Below, piece by piece: positions 18,783 through 27,905 of a stretch of 28,928 nucleotides of DNA. The DNA is taken from contig CAVVYR010000023.1 in assembly GCA_963752475.1 (NCBI GenBank), positions 1 through 28,928 of the forward strand. Reading direction: 5' to 3'. Both the position numbers and the translations under genes were made by a program. The notes under the pieces are model-generated. The model had not been told where the DNA came from. It did not search any database and saw only the letters and a list, made by a program, of their open reading frames with translations. Within the stretch, counting starts at the first letter, position 1, and each line of letters starts with the position of its first letter. This stretch comes from an uncultured Chloroflexia bacterium (lineage in GTDB: Bacteria > Chloroflexota > Limnocylindria > Limnocylindrales > CSP1-4).

Positions 18783-19584
18783 GGCGCTCGACCTGTTCAA
18801 CCGCGGGCTCCTTGCCCGTCGCGGCAAGCAACGCCTTCGTGTACTCGTGCTGCGGTCGCTCGAAGATCTGGTCACGCGTGCCATGTTCGACGATGCGCCC
18901 CTCGCGCATGACCGAGACACGCTGGCTGATGTGGCGCACAACGGCGAGGTCGTGAGCGATGAAGAGGTAGGCGATCCCGCGCTCGGCCTGCAAGTCCATG
19001 AGCAGGTTCAGGATCTGGCCCTGGACGGAGACATCGAGCGCAGAGACGGGCTCGTCACAGATGATCAGGTCCGGCTCCAGCGCCAAGGCGCGCGCGATGC
19101 CGACGCGCTGCAGCTGGCCACCGGAGAACGAGCTCGGGCGCCGATCGCCCAGCGAGGGGTCGATGCCCACTCGCCCCAACAGCTCATCGGCACGTCGTCG
19201 TCGCTCGTGGCTGTCGTAGAGCCGGTGGATGACCCACGGCTCGGCCACGATGTCGCGCACCCGGAAACGCGGATCGACCGAGGAGTACGGGTCCTGGTAG
19301 ATGAGCTGCATGTGCTTGCGCATCTCACGGAGCTCGGCACCGTCGAGAGCGAACAGGTCCTGGCCACGGAAGGTGGCCGTCCCGGCGTCGGGCTCGACGA
19401 GGCGCAGCAGGATGCGGCCGGTGGTCGACTTGCCGGATCCCGACTCACCCACGAGCCCATGGGTCTGTCCGGGCTCGATGGCCAGCGAGACGTCCTGGAC
19501 CGCCCGGACCTCACGCCGGCCCGAGCCACGGCCGCTCCGGAACGTCTTGGAGAGGCCGCGGGCGTCGAGGAGCGGTTCGGGCAT
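18766..19584 (-). CDS. Peptide ABC transporter ATP-binding protein (DppF/OppF-like)
   Basis: GESGSGKST, QLIYQDPYSS, FSGGQLQR, ICDEPVSALDVSVQ, IAHDL, PQHEYTKALL. Confidence 0.93.
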   Translation of the reverse strand: MPEPLLDARGLSKTFRSGRGSGRREVRAVQDVSLAIEPGQTHGLVGESGSGKSTTGRILLRLVEPDAGTATFRGQDLFALDGAELREMRKHMQLIYQDPYSSVDPRFRVRDIVAEPWVIHRLYDSHERRRRADELLGRVGIDPSLGDRRPSSFSGGQLQRVGIARALALEPDLIICDEPVSALDVSVQGQILNLLMDLQAERGIAYLFIAHDLAVVRHISQRVSVMREGRIVEHGTRDQIFERPQHEYTKALLAATGKEPAVEQVERRPGAQ

Positions 19585-19637
19585 AGCCCGACTGTAGCGT
19601 TGCGATCGGCGCTGGACGGCGGTGCGACACTGCGGCG

Positions 19638-20015
19638 ATGAACGAGAACCCTGCCGCCACGACCGCCACCCGCTACTCGTGGGACGCGATCGAACCGGAT
19701 CATCCCATCGAAAGGGCCACCCGCCGACTCGTGAAGGGGGAGCGAGCGATGGTCGCGCGCTTCGTCCTCGATGCGGGCCTCGACGTGCAGCCCCACGTCC
19801 ATCACAACGAGCAGATCACGATGATCCTCGAAGGGCGGCTGCTGGTTCGCATCGGCACCATCGGCTCGGACGAGATCCGCGAGGAAGTGCTGGGCTCGGG
19901 CGAGGTCATCGTGTTCCCGGCGTTCGTGCCGCATGGGTTCCAGGCCCTCGAGCGCGTGGTCGCCTTCGACGTGTTCAGCCCGCCCAGCGCCAAGACCGGC
20001 ATCGACCAGAGCTAG
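19638..20015 (+). CDS. Cupin domain protein
   Basis: PHVHHNEQITMILEG and FPAFVPHGF..DVFSPP cupin motifs. Confidence 0.88.
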   Translation: MNENPAATTATRYSWDAIEPDHPIERATRRLVKGERAMVARFVLDAGLDVQPHVHHNEQITMILEGRLLVRIGTIGSDEIREEVLGSGEVIVFPAFVPHGFQALERVVAFDVFSPPSAKTGIDQS

Positions 20016-20311
20016 GCGGCCGATACCCACCCCTCTCCCTCCATCGGGCGCTTCTATCGCACACGCGCGGGGTTTATGAATACGTGTGCACTAGGCCCGG
20101 TCCACACGGGCCGGTCGGCCCTGTCTGGCCACCTGCACCGAGGAAGACGCTGAGCGCAACCGAATAGCTCGAGCCACCGGAGGCTTTCCCCCTGGCTGAC
20201 CGACGACCCGAGTCGTGGGCCATGTCTGACACATAGCCGTCCGAAAACTACGCCCGCGGTAACCGTGGTGACGCGCGGTCCGCGGGTGTTTGAGCACGAA
20301 GAGGCGTAGTG

Positions 20312-20953
20312 ATGCCAAAGGCTGCTGTTCCGCCACCGCCAGCTCCCGTTGGGGGCAAGCGAGCGGCCACGTTCCAAGAGGAAGTCATCGCCATGATCCC
20401 GGCTGACTCCCGCCTGGAGACGTGTATCCAATGTGGGACCTGTGGAGGGTCATGCCCCTCGTATGCGGACATGGACCACACGCCACGGCAGATCTTTGCG
20501 CTTGTCCGCGCCGGGGCCAAGGACAAGGTCATGGACAGCAACACGCCCTGGATGTGCGTGAGCTGCTACCTCTGCGCGGTCCGCTGTCCGCAGCAGATCC
20601 ACATCCCCGACGTGATGTACGCGCTCAAGGCCAAGTCCACCCAGGACGGCCGGGTCCCGAGCCACGTGGCGCCCGACTTCAGCAAGACCTTCGTCGACTA
20701 CATCCACCAGTACGGCCGCAGCTTCGAGGTCGGCCTCGTAGCCAAGCACTACCTGCGCCACTACATGACGCGCCTGCCGGGCATGACCACCTCCGGTATC
20801 GGCATGGTGACCAAGGGCCGCATGGGCTTCCGTCCCCACAAGATCAGGGACATCGACGGGCTCAACGCGATCCTCGATCGCGCCACCGAGATCGAGCAGG
20901 CCAAGCAGCGCGCCGTCTTCGAAGAGCGGCCGCAGAGCGGGGGAGCGCACTGA
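20312..20953 (+). CDS. hdrC: Heterodisulfide reductase subunit C
   Basis: CIQCGTCGGSCP and WMCVSCYLCAVRCP 4Fe-4S motifs; first gene of the hdr-mvh operon. Confidence 0.9.
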   Translation: MPKAAVPPPPAPVGGKRAATFQEEVIAMIPADSRLETCIQCGTCGGSCPSYADMDHTPRQIFALVRAGAKDKVMDSNTPWMCVSCYLCAVRCPQQIHIPDVMYALKAKSTQDGRVPSHVAPDFSKTFVDYIHQYGRSFEVGLVAKHYLRHYMTRLPGMTTSGIGMVTKGRMGFRPHKIRDIDGLNAILDRATEIEQAKQRAVFEERPQSGGAH

Positions 20954-21969
20954 TGGCCACGCAGTACATGTACTACCCGGGCTGCTCGATGGACGGCACG
21001 GGCAAGGCTTATCACGACTCCATCGAGGCGGTCCTGCCCGAGCTCGACATCGGCTTCAAGGAGCTCGACGACTGGAACTGCTGCGGCGCCACCGAGTACA
21101 TGGGCATCAGTCCGCTGCGCTCTCAGGCGCTGGTCGGGCGCAACCTGGCCCTGGCAGAGAAGCAGAAGAACGGCACCGACACCCTGGTGGCACCCTGCTC
21201 CGCCTGCTACGTCAACCTCGCTCGCACGGACGCCTACGTGCGCGAGTCCGACGAGCTGGCCGAGAACGTCAACGACGCTCTCGGTGCCGATGGCATGTCC
21301 TACACCCCAGGCTCGGTCAAGGTCCGGCACCTGCTCGAGATCCTCATCGATGACATCGGTCTCGAGGAGGTCGGCGAGCACGTCACGCGCCCGCTCACCG
21401 GCCTGAAGCTGGCACCGTACATGGGCTGCCTCGTCTCGCGGCCGGACTACGACGACCGCTGGCAGCACCGCGAGCACCCACACGCGCTCGACCAGCTGCT
21501 GCTGACGCTCGGCGCTGACGTGGTCGAGTACTCACGCCGCACCGACTGCTGCGGCGGCCACATGACGCAGATCAGCCCGGAGACGGGCCTCGAGCTGATC
21601 CGCCGCCTCATCGTCGAGGCCGAGCGGGTCGGGGCCCATGCCATGGTCACGGTCTGCCCCATGTGCCAGATGAACGTGGATTTCTACCAGCGGGAGATGA
21701 ACCACCACTTCCGCGAAGACCACCACATGCCGATCCTCTTCTTCACCCAGCTGATGGGCCTGGCCTACGGCATGCCGGCAGGCAAGCTCGGCTTCGGGCG
21801 CGAGATCATCTCGGCCCGTCCGGCGCTGGCCAACATCGGCATCGAGGCCCCGTTGACGGAGGAGGAAGAGGCCGAGAAGGCCAAGGCAGCCAAGCCCAAG
21901 CGACGCCGCCGAGGAGATCCCACGCTGCCCTCACCCGCACCGCGTGAGGACGAGGAGGAGCTGCGATGA
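20953..21969 (+). CDS. hdrB: Heterodisulfide reductase subunit B
   Basis: Two CCG domains: YYPGC..WNCCGA..PCSAC and YMGC..DCCGG..VCPMC. ATG 20953 overlaps the hdrC TGA. Confidence 0.92.
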   Translation: MATQYMYYPGCSMDGTGKAYHDSIEAVLPELDIGFKELDDWNCCGATEYMGISPLRSQALVGRNLALAEKQKNGTDTLVAPCSACYVNLARTDAYVRESDELAENVNDALGADGMSYTPGSVKVRHLLEILIDDIGLEEVGEHVTRPLTGLKLAPYMGCLVSRPDYDDRWQHREHPHALDQLLLTLGADVVEYSRRTDCCGGHMTQISPETGLELIRRLIVEAERVGAHAMVTVCPMCQMNVDFYQREMNHHFREDHHMPILFFTQLMGLAYGMPAGKLGFGREIISARPALANIGIEAPLTEEEEAEKAKAAKPKRRRRGDPTLPSPAPREDEEELR

Positions 21970-24005
21970 CCGCCCCCAAGACCGGCGTCTACGTCTGTCA
22001 TTGCGGCACCAACATCGCCGCCATGGTCGATGTCGAAGAGGTCCGCGACTGGGCCGCCGAGGAACTCAAGGACAAGGGCGTGGTCGTCTCGCGCGACTAC
22101 CCCTTCATGTGCTCGAGCCTGGGCCAGGAGTTGATCGCCAAGGACATCGAGGAGTACGGCCTCGAGCGCGTGGTGGTGGGTGCCTGCTCACCGCACATGC
22201 ACGAGAAGACGTTCCGTGAGGCCAGCAGCAACGCCGGCCTCAACCCCTATCTCGCCGAGCTGGTGTCCATCCGCGAGCAGGTCTCGTGGGTCCACACCGA
22301 CAAGGCCAAGGCCACCGAGAAGGCCAAGGCCATCATCGCCGGCGGCGTCTACCGCGTCGCCGAGCAGGTGCCGCTGGAGCCGCTCATCGCTCCGGTCAAC
22401 AGCGCCACGCTCATCGTCGGCGGCGGCATCGCGGGCATCACCGCGGCGCTGGAGATCGCCGATGCCGGCTACCCGGTCCACATCGTGGAGAAGGAACCGT
22501 CGATCGGCGGCCACATGGCCCAGTACGACAAGACCTTCCCGACGCTCGACTGCGCGGCCTGCATCCTCACGCCCAAGATGGTCGATGCGGGGGCGCATCC
22601 CAACATCACGCTCCACACCTGGAGCGAGGTGGTCGACGTCTCCGGCTCGGTCGGCGACTTCAAGATCAAGGTCAAGCACAAGCCACGCATGGTGGTGGAG
22701 GCGGACTGCACCGGTTGCGGCATCTGCTGGGAGAAGTGCCCGGTGCAGGTGATCGACACCGGCTTCGAGGCCGGCCTCGGCTATCGCAAGGCCATCTACA
22801 CGCCCTTCCCGCAGGCGGTACCCAAGTACCCGGTGCTGACACCGGACGACTGCACCTACTTCCAGAAGGGCACGTGCAAGGCCTGTGAGAAGTTCTGCCC
22901 GGTCGATTGCATCGACTTCACCCAGACCGACGAGTATGTCGAGCTCAACGTGGGCAACATCCTGCTCGCCACCGGCTTCAAGCCCTTCGACGCCCGTCGC
23001 ATCGAGGCCTTCGGCTACGGCCGACTGCCCAACGTCTTCACCTCGATGGAGTTCGAGCGGATGAGCAACGCGGCCGGCCCCACCGGCGGCAAGATCGTCC
23101 TGCGCGACGGCGTGACCGAGCCCAAGTCGGTGGCCATCGTCCACTGCGTCGGCTCACGCGACAAGAACACCAACGAGCACTGCTCGGCCATCTGCTGCAT
23201 GCAGTCGCTGAAGTTCGCGCATCTCGTCAAGGAGCACACGGACGCTGACGTGTACGAGTGCTACATCGACATGCGCACGCCGGGCAAGGGCTACGACGAG
23301 TTCTACAACCGCATCCTCGACGAGGGCACGCAGATGATCCGCGGCCGCGTCGCGGAGGTCACCGACTCGTTGCGCTACCCGGAGGAGGAGGGCCACGAGG
23401 GCCGGCTCATCGTGCAGGTGGAGGACACCCTCGCTGGTATCAAGCGCCGCGTACCGGCCGATATGGTCATCCTCTCGACCGGTCTGGAACCGCAGGCGGA
23501 CGCCACCGACGTGGCCCGCATGTTCGGCGTCGGCTGCAGCACCGACGGCTTCATCATCGAGCGCCACGCCAAGCTGGACCCCGTCGCGACCATGACCGAC
23601 GGCGTCTTCGCTGCCGGCGCCACGCTCGGGCCTCGCGATATCCCGACCTCGGTGTCCAACGGCGCCGCAGCCGCGGCCACCATCCTGAGCCGTATCGCCC
23701 AGGGCGAGATCGCCATGGAGCCCTACCGGGCCAGCGTCGATGCCGAACGTTGCTCCGGCTGCCGCATCTGCAACGACCTCTGCCCCTTCAGCGCCATCAC
23801 CTTCGACGAGGGGGCGATGGTCACCGAGATCAATCCCAAGCTCTGCCAGGGCTGTGGCGTGTGCGTGGCCGCGTGTCCCGCCAACGCCATCTCCGGCAGC
23901 GGCTTCAGCCACGAGCAGGTCATGGCCCAGATCGACGGGCTGCTGGCCAGCACCGACGGTGCCGCCGGCGTTCCGACCGATGAGCCAGTGGAGGTGACGG
24001 CATGA
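21966..24005 (+). CDS. hdrA: Heterodisulfide reductase subunit A (FAD, multiple 4Fe-4S)
   Basis: GVYVCHCGTNIA, GACSP, VGGGIAG, KTFPTLDCAACIL, HCVGSRD, CSAICCM, and inserted and C-terminal ferredoxin CxxCxxCxxxCP motifs. Confidence 0.95.
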   Translation: MTAPKTGVYVCHCGTNIAAMVDVEEVRDWAAEELKDKGVVVSRDYPFMCSSLGQELIAKDIEEYGLERVVVGACSPHMHEKTFREASSNAGLNPYLAELVSIREQVSWVHTDKAKATEKAKAIIAGGVYRVAEQVPLEPLIAPVNSATLIVGGGIAGITAALEIADAGYPVHIVEKEPSIGGHMAQYDKTFPTLDCAACILTPKMVDAGAHPNITLHTWSEVVDVSGSVGDFKIKVKHKPRMVVEADCTGCGICWEKCPVQVIDTGFEAGLGYRKAIYTPFPQAVPKYPVLTPDDCTYFQKGTCKACEKFCPVDCIDFTQTDEYVELNVGNILLATGFKPFDARRIEAFGYGRLPNVFTSMEFERMSNAAGPTGGKIVLRDGVTEPKSVAIVHCVGSRDKNTNEHCSAICCMQSLKFAHLVKEHTDADVYECYIDMRTPGKGYDEFYNRILDEGTQMIRGRVAEVTDSLRYPEEEGHEGRLIVQVEDTLAGIKRRVPADMVILSTGLEPQADATDVARMFGVGCSTDGFIIERHAKLDPVATMTDGVFAAGATLGPRDIPTSVSNGAAAAATILSRIAQGEIAMEPYRASVDAERCSGCRICNDLCPFSAITFDEGAMVTEINPKLCQGCGVCVAACPANAISGSGFSHEQVMAQIDGLLASTDGAAGVPTDEPVEVTA

Positions 24006-24523
24006 CCGCACCTGCGACCCAGCCTGGGAACTCGGCGCCCGTGGCGCCTGCCGACTTCGAGCCGCTCATCCTCGGCTTCACCTGCAACTGGTGCAGCTAC
24101 CGTGCGGCGGACCTCGCGGGCACGGCCCGTACCAAGTACCCGCACAACGTCCGGCTCATCCGCCTGATGTGCTCCGGACGCATGGAACCCGAGTTCATCC
24201 TCGAGGGTTTCGCCAAGGGCGCGGACGCGGTGATCATGACCGGCTGCTGGCCAGAGGATTGCCACTACCGCATCCAGTCGGTGAAGGCCCTGCGACGGTT
24301 CATCTTCCTGCGCCGGATGCTCAGCGACCTGGGCATCGAGCCGGCCCGGCTGCAGCGCTTCTACGCCAGCGCCGCCGAGGGCCAGCGCTTCGCTGACGAG
24401 ATGGCCCGCATCGTGGCCGAGGTCAAGGCGCTTGGCCCCATCCCGCCCGAGATCCGAGTCGCCTTGGAGTCGCGCCCTGAAGCGCCGGCTCCAGCGTTCC
24501 AGCCTGAGGAGGTGGAGGCATGA
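24002..24523 (+). CDS. mvhD: Hydrogenase iron-sulfur subunit MvhD ([2Fe-2S])
   Basis: FTCNWCSYRAADLAG, IRLMCSGR, GCWPEDCHY, SAAEG.RF. Confidence 0.92.
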   Translation: MTAPATQPGNSAPVAPADFEPLILGFTCNWCSYRAADLAGTARTKYPHNVRLIRLMCSGRMEPEFILEGFAKGADAVIMTGCWPEDCHYRIQSVKALRRFIFLRRMLSDLGIEPARLQRFYASAAEGQRFADEMARIVAEVKALGPIPPEIRVALESRPEAPAPAFQPEEVEA

Positions 24524-25530
24524 CCGCCGAAGCCGCGACCCCGGCCGAAGCCGAGGTCAAGCCCCGCTACAAGCTGGCGATGTACTGGGCCTCCGCCTGC
24601 GGTGGCTGCGACGTCGCTGTGCTCAACCTGGGCATGAAGCTCATCGAGTTCACCGAGCGCTGGGAACCGGTCTTCTGGCCGGCAGCCATGGACGGCAAGC
24701 GGCAGGACGTCCGCGACATGGAGGATGGCGAGATCGACGTCTGCCTCTTCGACGGCGGCATCCGCACCGACGAGGACGCCGAGATGGCGCACCTGCTGCG
24801 GGCCAAGTCGAAGGTGCTGGTGGCCTTCGGGTCCTGCGCCAGCGAAGGCTGCATCCCCGGTCTCGCCAACCAGCGCCCGATCGAGGCGGTCTTCGCGGCC
24901 GCCTTCGATCCCGAGCTGAACGACGTCAACGGCGCGGGCACGCCCAACGGACCGTGGGAATCGCCCCACGGCGAACTCGAACTGCCCACGCTTCAGACGC
25001 GACTGCAGACGCTGAGCCAGGTCGTCGATGTCGACTACTCGGTGCCCGGCTGCCCGCCTGAGACCGAGCGCATCGCGGAGGTGTTGGGGGCGGTCACCGC
25101 CGCTCTTGACGGCACCGGCCCGCTGCCGCCCAAGGGCGCCGTGCTCGGCGCCGGCAACTCGACCGTGTGTGACGAGTGCAAGCGAGAGCGTGGCGTCAAG
25201 ACCATCACGGAGTTCAAGCGTATCCAGACGCTCGCGGAGGTCGATCCGAACCTGTGCCTGCTGGAGCAGGGCCTGCCCTGCTGCGGTCCGGCGGCGCGGG
25301 ACGGCTGCGGTGCCAAGTGTCCGGCGGCAGGTGCTCCGTGCATCGGCTGCTACGGCGCGACGACCGGCGTCAATGACTTCGGCGCTCGACTGCTGAGCGC
25401 ATACGCCTCGGTGGTCGAGGCCAGTGAACCGGAAGACATCGAGCGCGTGCTCGAGGGTCTGCCGGACACGGTCGGCCAGTTCTATCGCTTCAGCCTCGCA
25501 GCCTCGCTGCTCCATGGGGGTCGGGCATGA
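24520..25530 (+). CDS. mvhG: Group 3c [NiFe]-hydrogenase small subunit
   Basis: ACGGC, GSCA..GCIPGL, PGCPP, VCDEC, CLLEQG.PC.GP..GC..CP..PC.GCYG. Confidence 0.9.
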   Translation: MTAEAATPAEAEVKPRYKLAMYWASACGGCDVAVLNLGMKLIEFTERWEPVFWPAAMDGKRQDVRDMEDGEIDVCLFDGGIRTDEDAEMAHLLRAKSKVLVAFGSCASEGCIPGLANQRPIEAVFAAAFDPELNDVNGAGTPNGPWESPHGELELPTLQTRLQTLSQVVDVDYSVPGCPPETERIAEVLGAVTAALDGTGPLPPKGAVLGAGNSTVCDECKRERGVKTITEFKRIQTLAEVDPNLCLLEQGLPCCGPAARDGCGAKCPAAGAPCIGCYGATTGVNDFGARLLSAYASVVEASEPEDIERVLEGLPDTVGQFYRFSLAASLLHGGRA

Positions 25531-26992
25531 CACGCATCACCATCGATCCCGTCACTCGCCTTGAGGGTCACGGCAAGATCGAGATCCTCCTCGACGATGC
25601 CGGGGACGTCGAACACACCTACTTCCAGATCCCCGAGCTGCGCGGCTTCGAGTCGTTCTGTGTCGGTCGTCCGGTGGAGGACATGCCGGCGCTGACGAAC
25701 CGCATCTGCGGCGTCTGCCCGGAGGCTCACCACATGGCCGCGGCCAAGGCGGCTGATGCCGCGTATGGCGTCGCCGTGCCGCGCACCGGTCGCATGCTGC
25801 GCGAGCTGCTCTACAACGCCTTCTACGTGACTGACCACGCGACGCACTTCTACGTGCTCAGCGGACCGGACCTGATCATGGGGCCGGACGCCCCCAAGGC
25901 CGAGCGCAACATCCTCGGCGTGGTCAAGAAGGTCGGCGCTGAGGTCGGCGGCAAGGTCATCGACGCACGCAAGGCCGGCCATCGCATCATCGAGATCATC
26001 GGCGGCCGGCGCATCCATCCCTGCACCTCGGTGCCCGGTGGCCAGACCAAGGCCATCAGCGAAGAGGAGCGGGACGAGATCAAGGCGCTCGCCGACGCCA
26101 TGGTCGAGTTCGGAGGCTTCAGTCTGGAGCTGTTCGCCTCGATGCTCGAGGACGAATCGATCGAGGAGATCGTCAAGGGCGACCTCTACACCCACGAGAC
26201 GTACTACAGCGGCCTCGTCGACGCCGATGACAAGGTCACCTTCTACGACGGCCAAATCAAGGTCGTCGCGCCCGACGGTGAGGTCTTCGGCCAGTACGAG
26301 CCGAAGGACTACCGCGACTGGATCGACGAGAAGGTCGAGCCGTGGACGTTCCTGAAGTTCCCGTACCTCAAGAACGTGGGCTGGAAGGGCCTTGTGGACG
26401 GCAAGGACTCCGGCATCTACACGGTGGCTCCGCTGGGCCGGCTCAACGTCGCCTCCGGCATGGCCACGCCCAAGGCCCAGGCCGCCTACGAGCAGTACTT
26501 CGAAACGCTTTCACCCGATGGCACGCCGGTGCACAGCCGCGGCGCGACCCATTGGGCCCGGCTCGTCGAGATGATGCAGGCGGCCGAGACGGTGCAGGCG
26601 CTGGTCAACGACCCGGAGATCACTTCGCCGGATGTCCGCGCTGTGCCGACCGAGATCCCGACCGAGGGCGTGGGCACCGTGGAGGCGCCGCGCGGCACCC
26701 TGACGCACCACTACTGGACCGACGAGAACGGCGTCATCACCCGCGTCAACCTCATCGTCGGCACGACCAACAACTACGGCCCCATCGCGATGTCCGTGGA
26801 CAAGGCTGCGCGCAGCCTGATCTCCAAGGGCACCGTCGTGACCGACGGCTGCTCGACCGCATCGAGATGGGCTTCCGGGCCTACGACCCCTGCTTCGGGT
26901 GCGCCACGCACTCGATGCCGGGGCAGATGGCCATGATCGTCACCATCCGAGACAAGGACGGCAACGCGGTGAAGGAGCTGCGCCGTGACTAG
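25527..26992 (+). CDS. mvhA: Group 3c [NiFe]-hydrogenase large subunit (one frameshift near 26850)
   Basis: DPVTRLEGHGK, RGFE, L1 motif RICGVCPEAH, VEAPRGTL.HHY. L2 motif RAYDPCFGCATH and a cleavable C-terminal extension lie in the shifted frame ending at TAG 26992. Confidence 0.92.
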
Positions 26993-27526
26993 TCCGCTCG
27001 AGCCCTATGGCCTGCACATCGCCGAACCCGGCGAGACGCTGGTCGTCGGACTTGGCAATCCGATCCTTGGGGACGATGGTGTCGGGTGGCGCGTCATCGA
27101 CGAACTCGACGAGCTCGATCATGAGGGCGCCAGCCTGCAGCAGGCGTGTGTCGGTGGCGTAAGCCTGATGGAACTCCTTGTCGGGTATCGGCGCGCGATC
27201 ATCGTCGATGCGATCATCGATCCCGAAGTCGCGCCCGGTAGCGTCTGCGCAGGTCACTGTCGGATGTGGAGACTCGGGTGGCCAGTCATCTGGACTCGTC
27301 ACACGACGCCCCCCTGCCGGCCGCCATCGAAGCAGGACGCGCGATGGGCGTGGACCTGCCGTCTGACATCGAGGTCGTGGGCATCGTCATCGAACGAGGC
27401 GATGTCTTCGGCGAACAATTGAGCGACGCCATCGCTGAGGCCGTGCCGGTCGCGGCGACAGAGGTCGTCGGGGCATTGCGTGCGCAGTCCTCTGCGTCGC
27501 CATTAGGGGAGCCAGTCCATGCATGA
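26985..27526 (+). CDS. Hydrogenase maturation protease (frameshifted)
   Basis: LVVGLGNPILGDDGVG, IIVDA, then SSHD and FGEQLSDAI in the second frame. Confidence 0.88.
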
Positions 27527-27797
27527 AGCCGGAGTCACCGAGCGGATCCTGGAGATCGTGGTCGAACACGCCAAGGAAGCGCACGCCCAGCGCGTGACCG
27601 ACGTCTACCTGGAGGTGGGCGATGAGTCGGGCATCGACATCGAGTCGGTCGAGATGCACTGGCCGCTGCTGAGCGAGGGTTCGGTGGCCGAGGGCTCGAT
27701 CCTGCACTTCGAGAAGAAGGAGGACGAGCCGTTCTCGTTCCGGCTGACCAGCATCGAGGTCGACGAGCCTGAGAAGCGGCTACCTGAACTGCGCTAG
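27519..27797 (+). CDS. hypA: Hydrogenase nickel metallochaperone HypA, lacking the Zn-finger domain
   Basis: MHE N-terminus, V..V.LEVG..SG, S.AEG..L and terminal FRLTSIEVD; no cysteines. Confidence 0.8.
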   Translation: MHEAGVTERILEIVVEHAKEAHAQRVTDVYLEVGDESGIDIESVEMHWPLLSEGSVAEGSILHFEKKEDEPFSFRLTSIEVDEPEKRLPELR

Positions 27798-27905
27798 CGC
27801 CAGGCGCTCTCCTCGCCTGACGACATCAAGACGAACCTGATGGCCCCGCGGGCGACCGTGGGGCATCAGTGTGCCCAGGTCACGTGGTAGAGAGACGATT
27901 TCGAC

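Noticed and set aside
18065-18955. Small ORFs across the repeat region, and similar ORFs at 27866-28444
   Set aside because: They are low-complexity translations of repeats with no recognisable motifs or start signals.
20074-20093. Rex-like operator TTATGAA..TGCACTA upstream of hdrC
   Set aside because: The half-sites are separated by 6 nt rather than the 4 nt of TTGTGAA-N4-TTCACAA, and both carry mismatches.
21966-26992. Selenocysteine recoding in HdrA, MvhD or MvhA
   Set aside because: The relevant positions are Cys codons and there is no in-frame TGA. The MvhA break is a 1-nt indel, not a stop codon.
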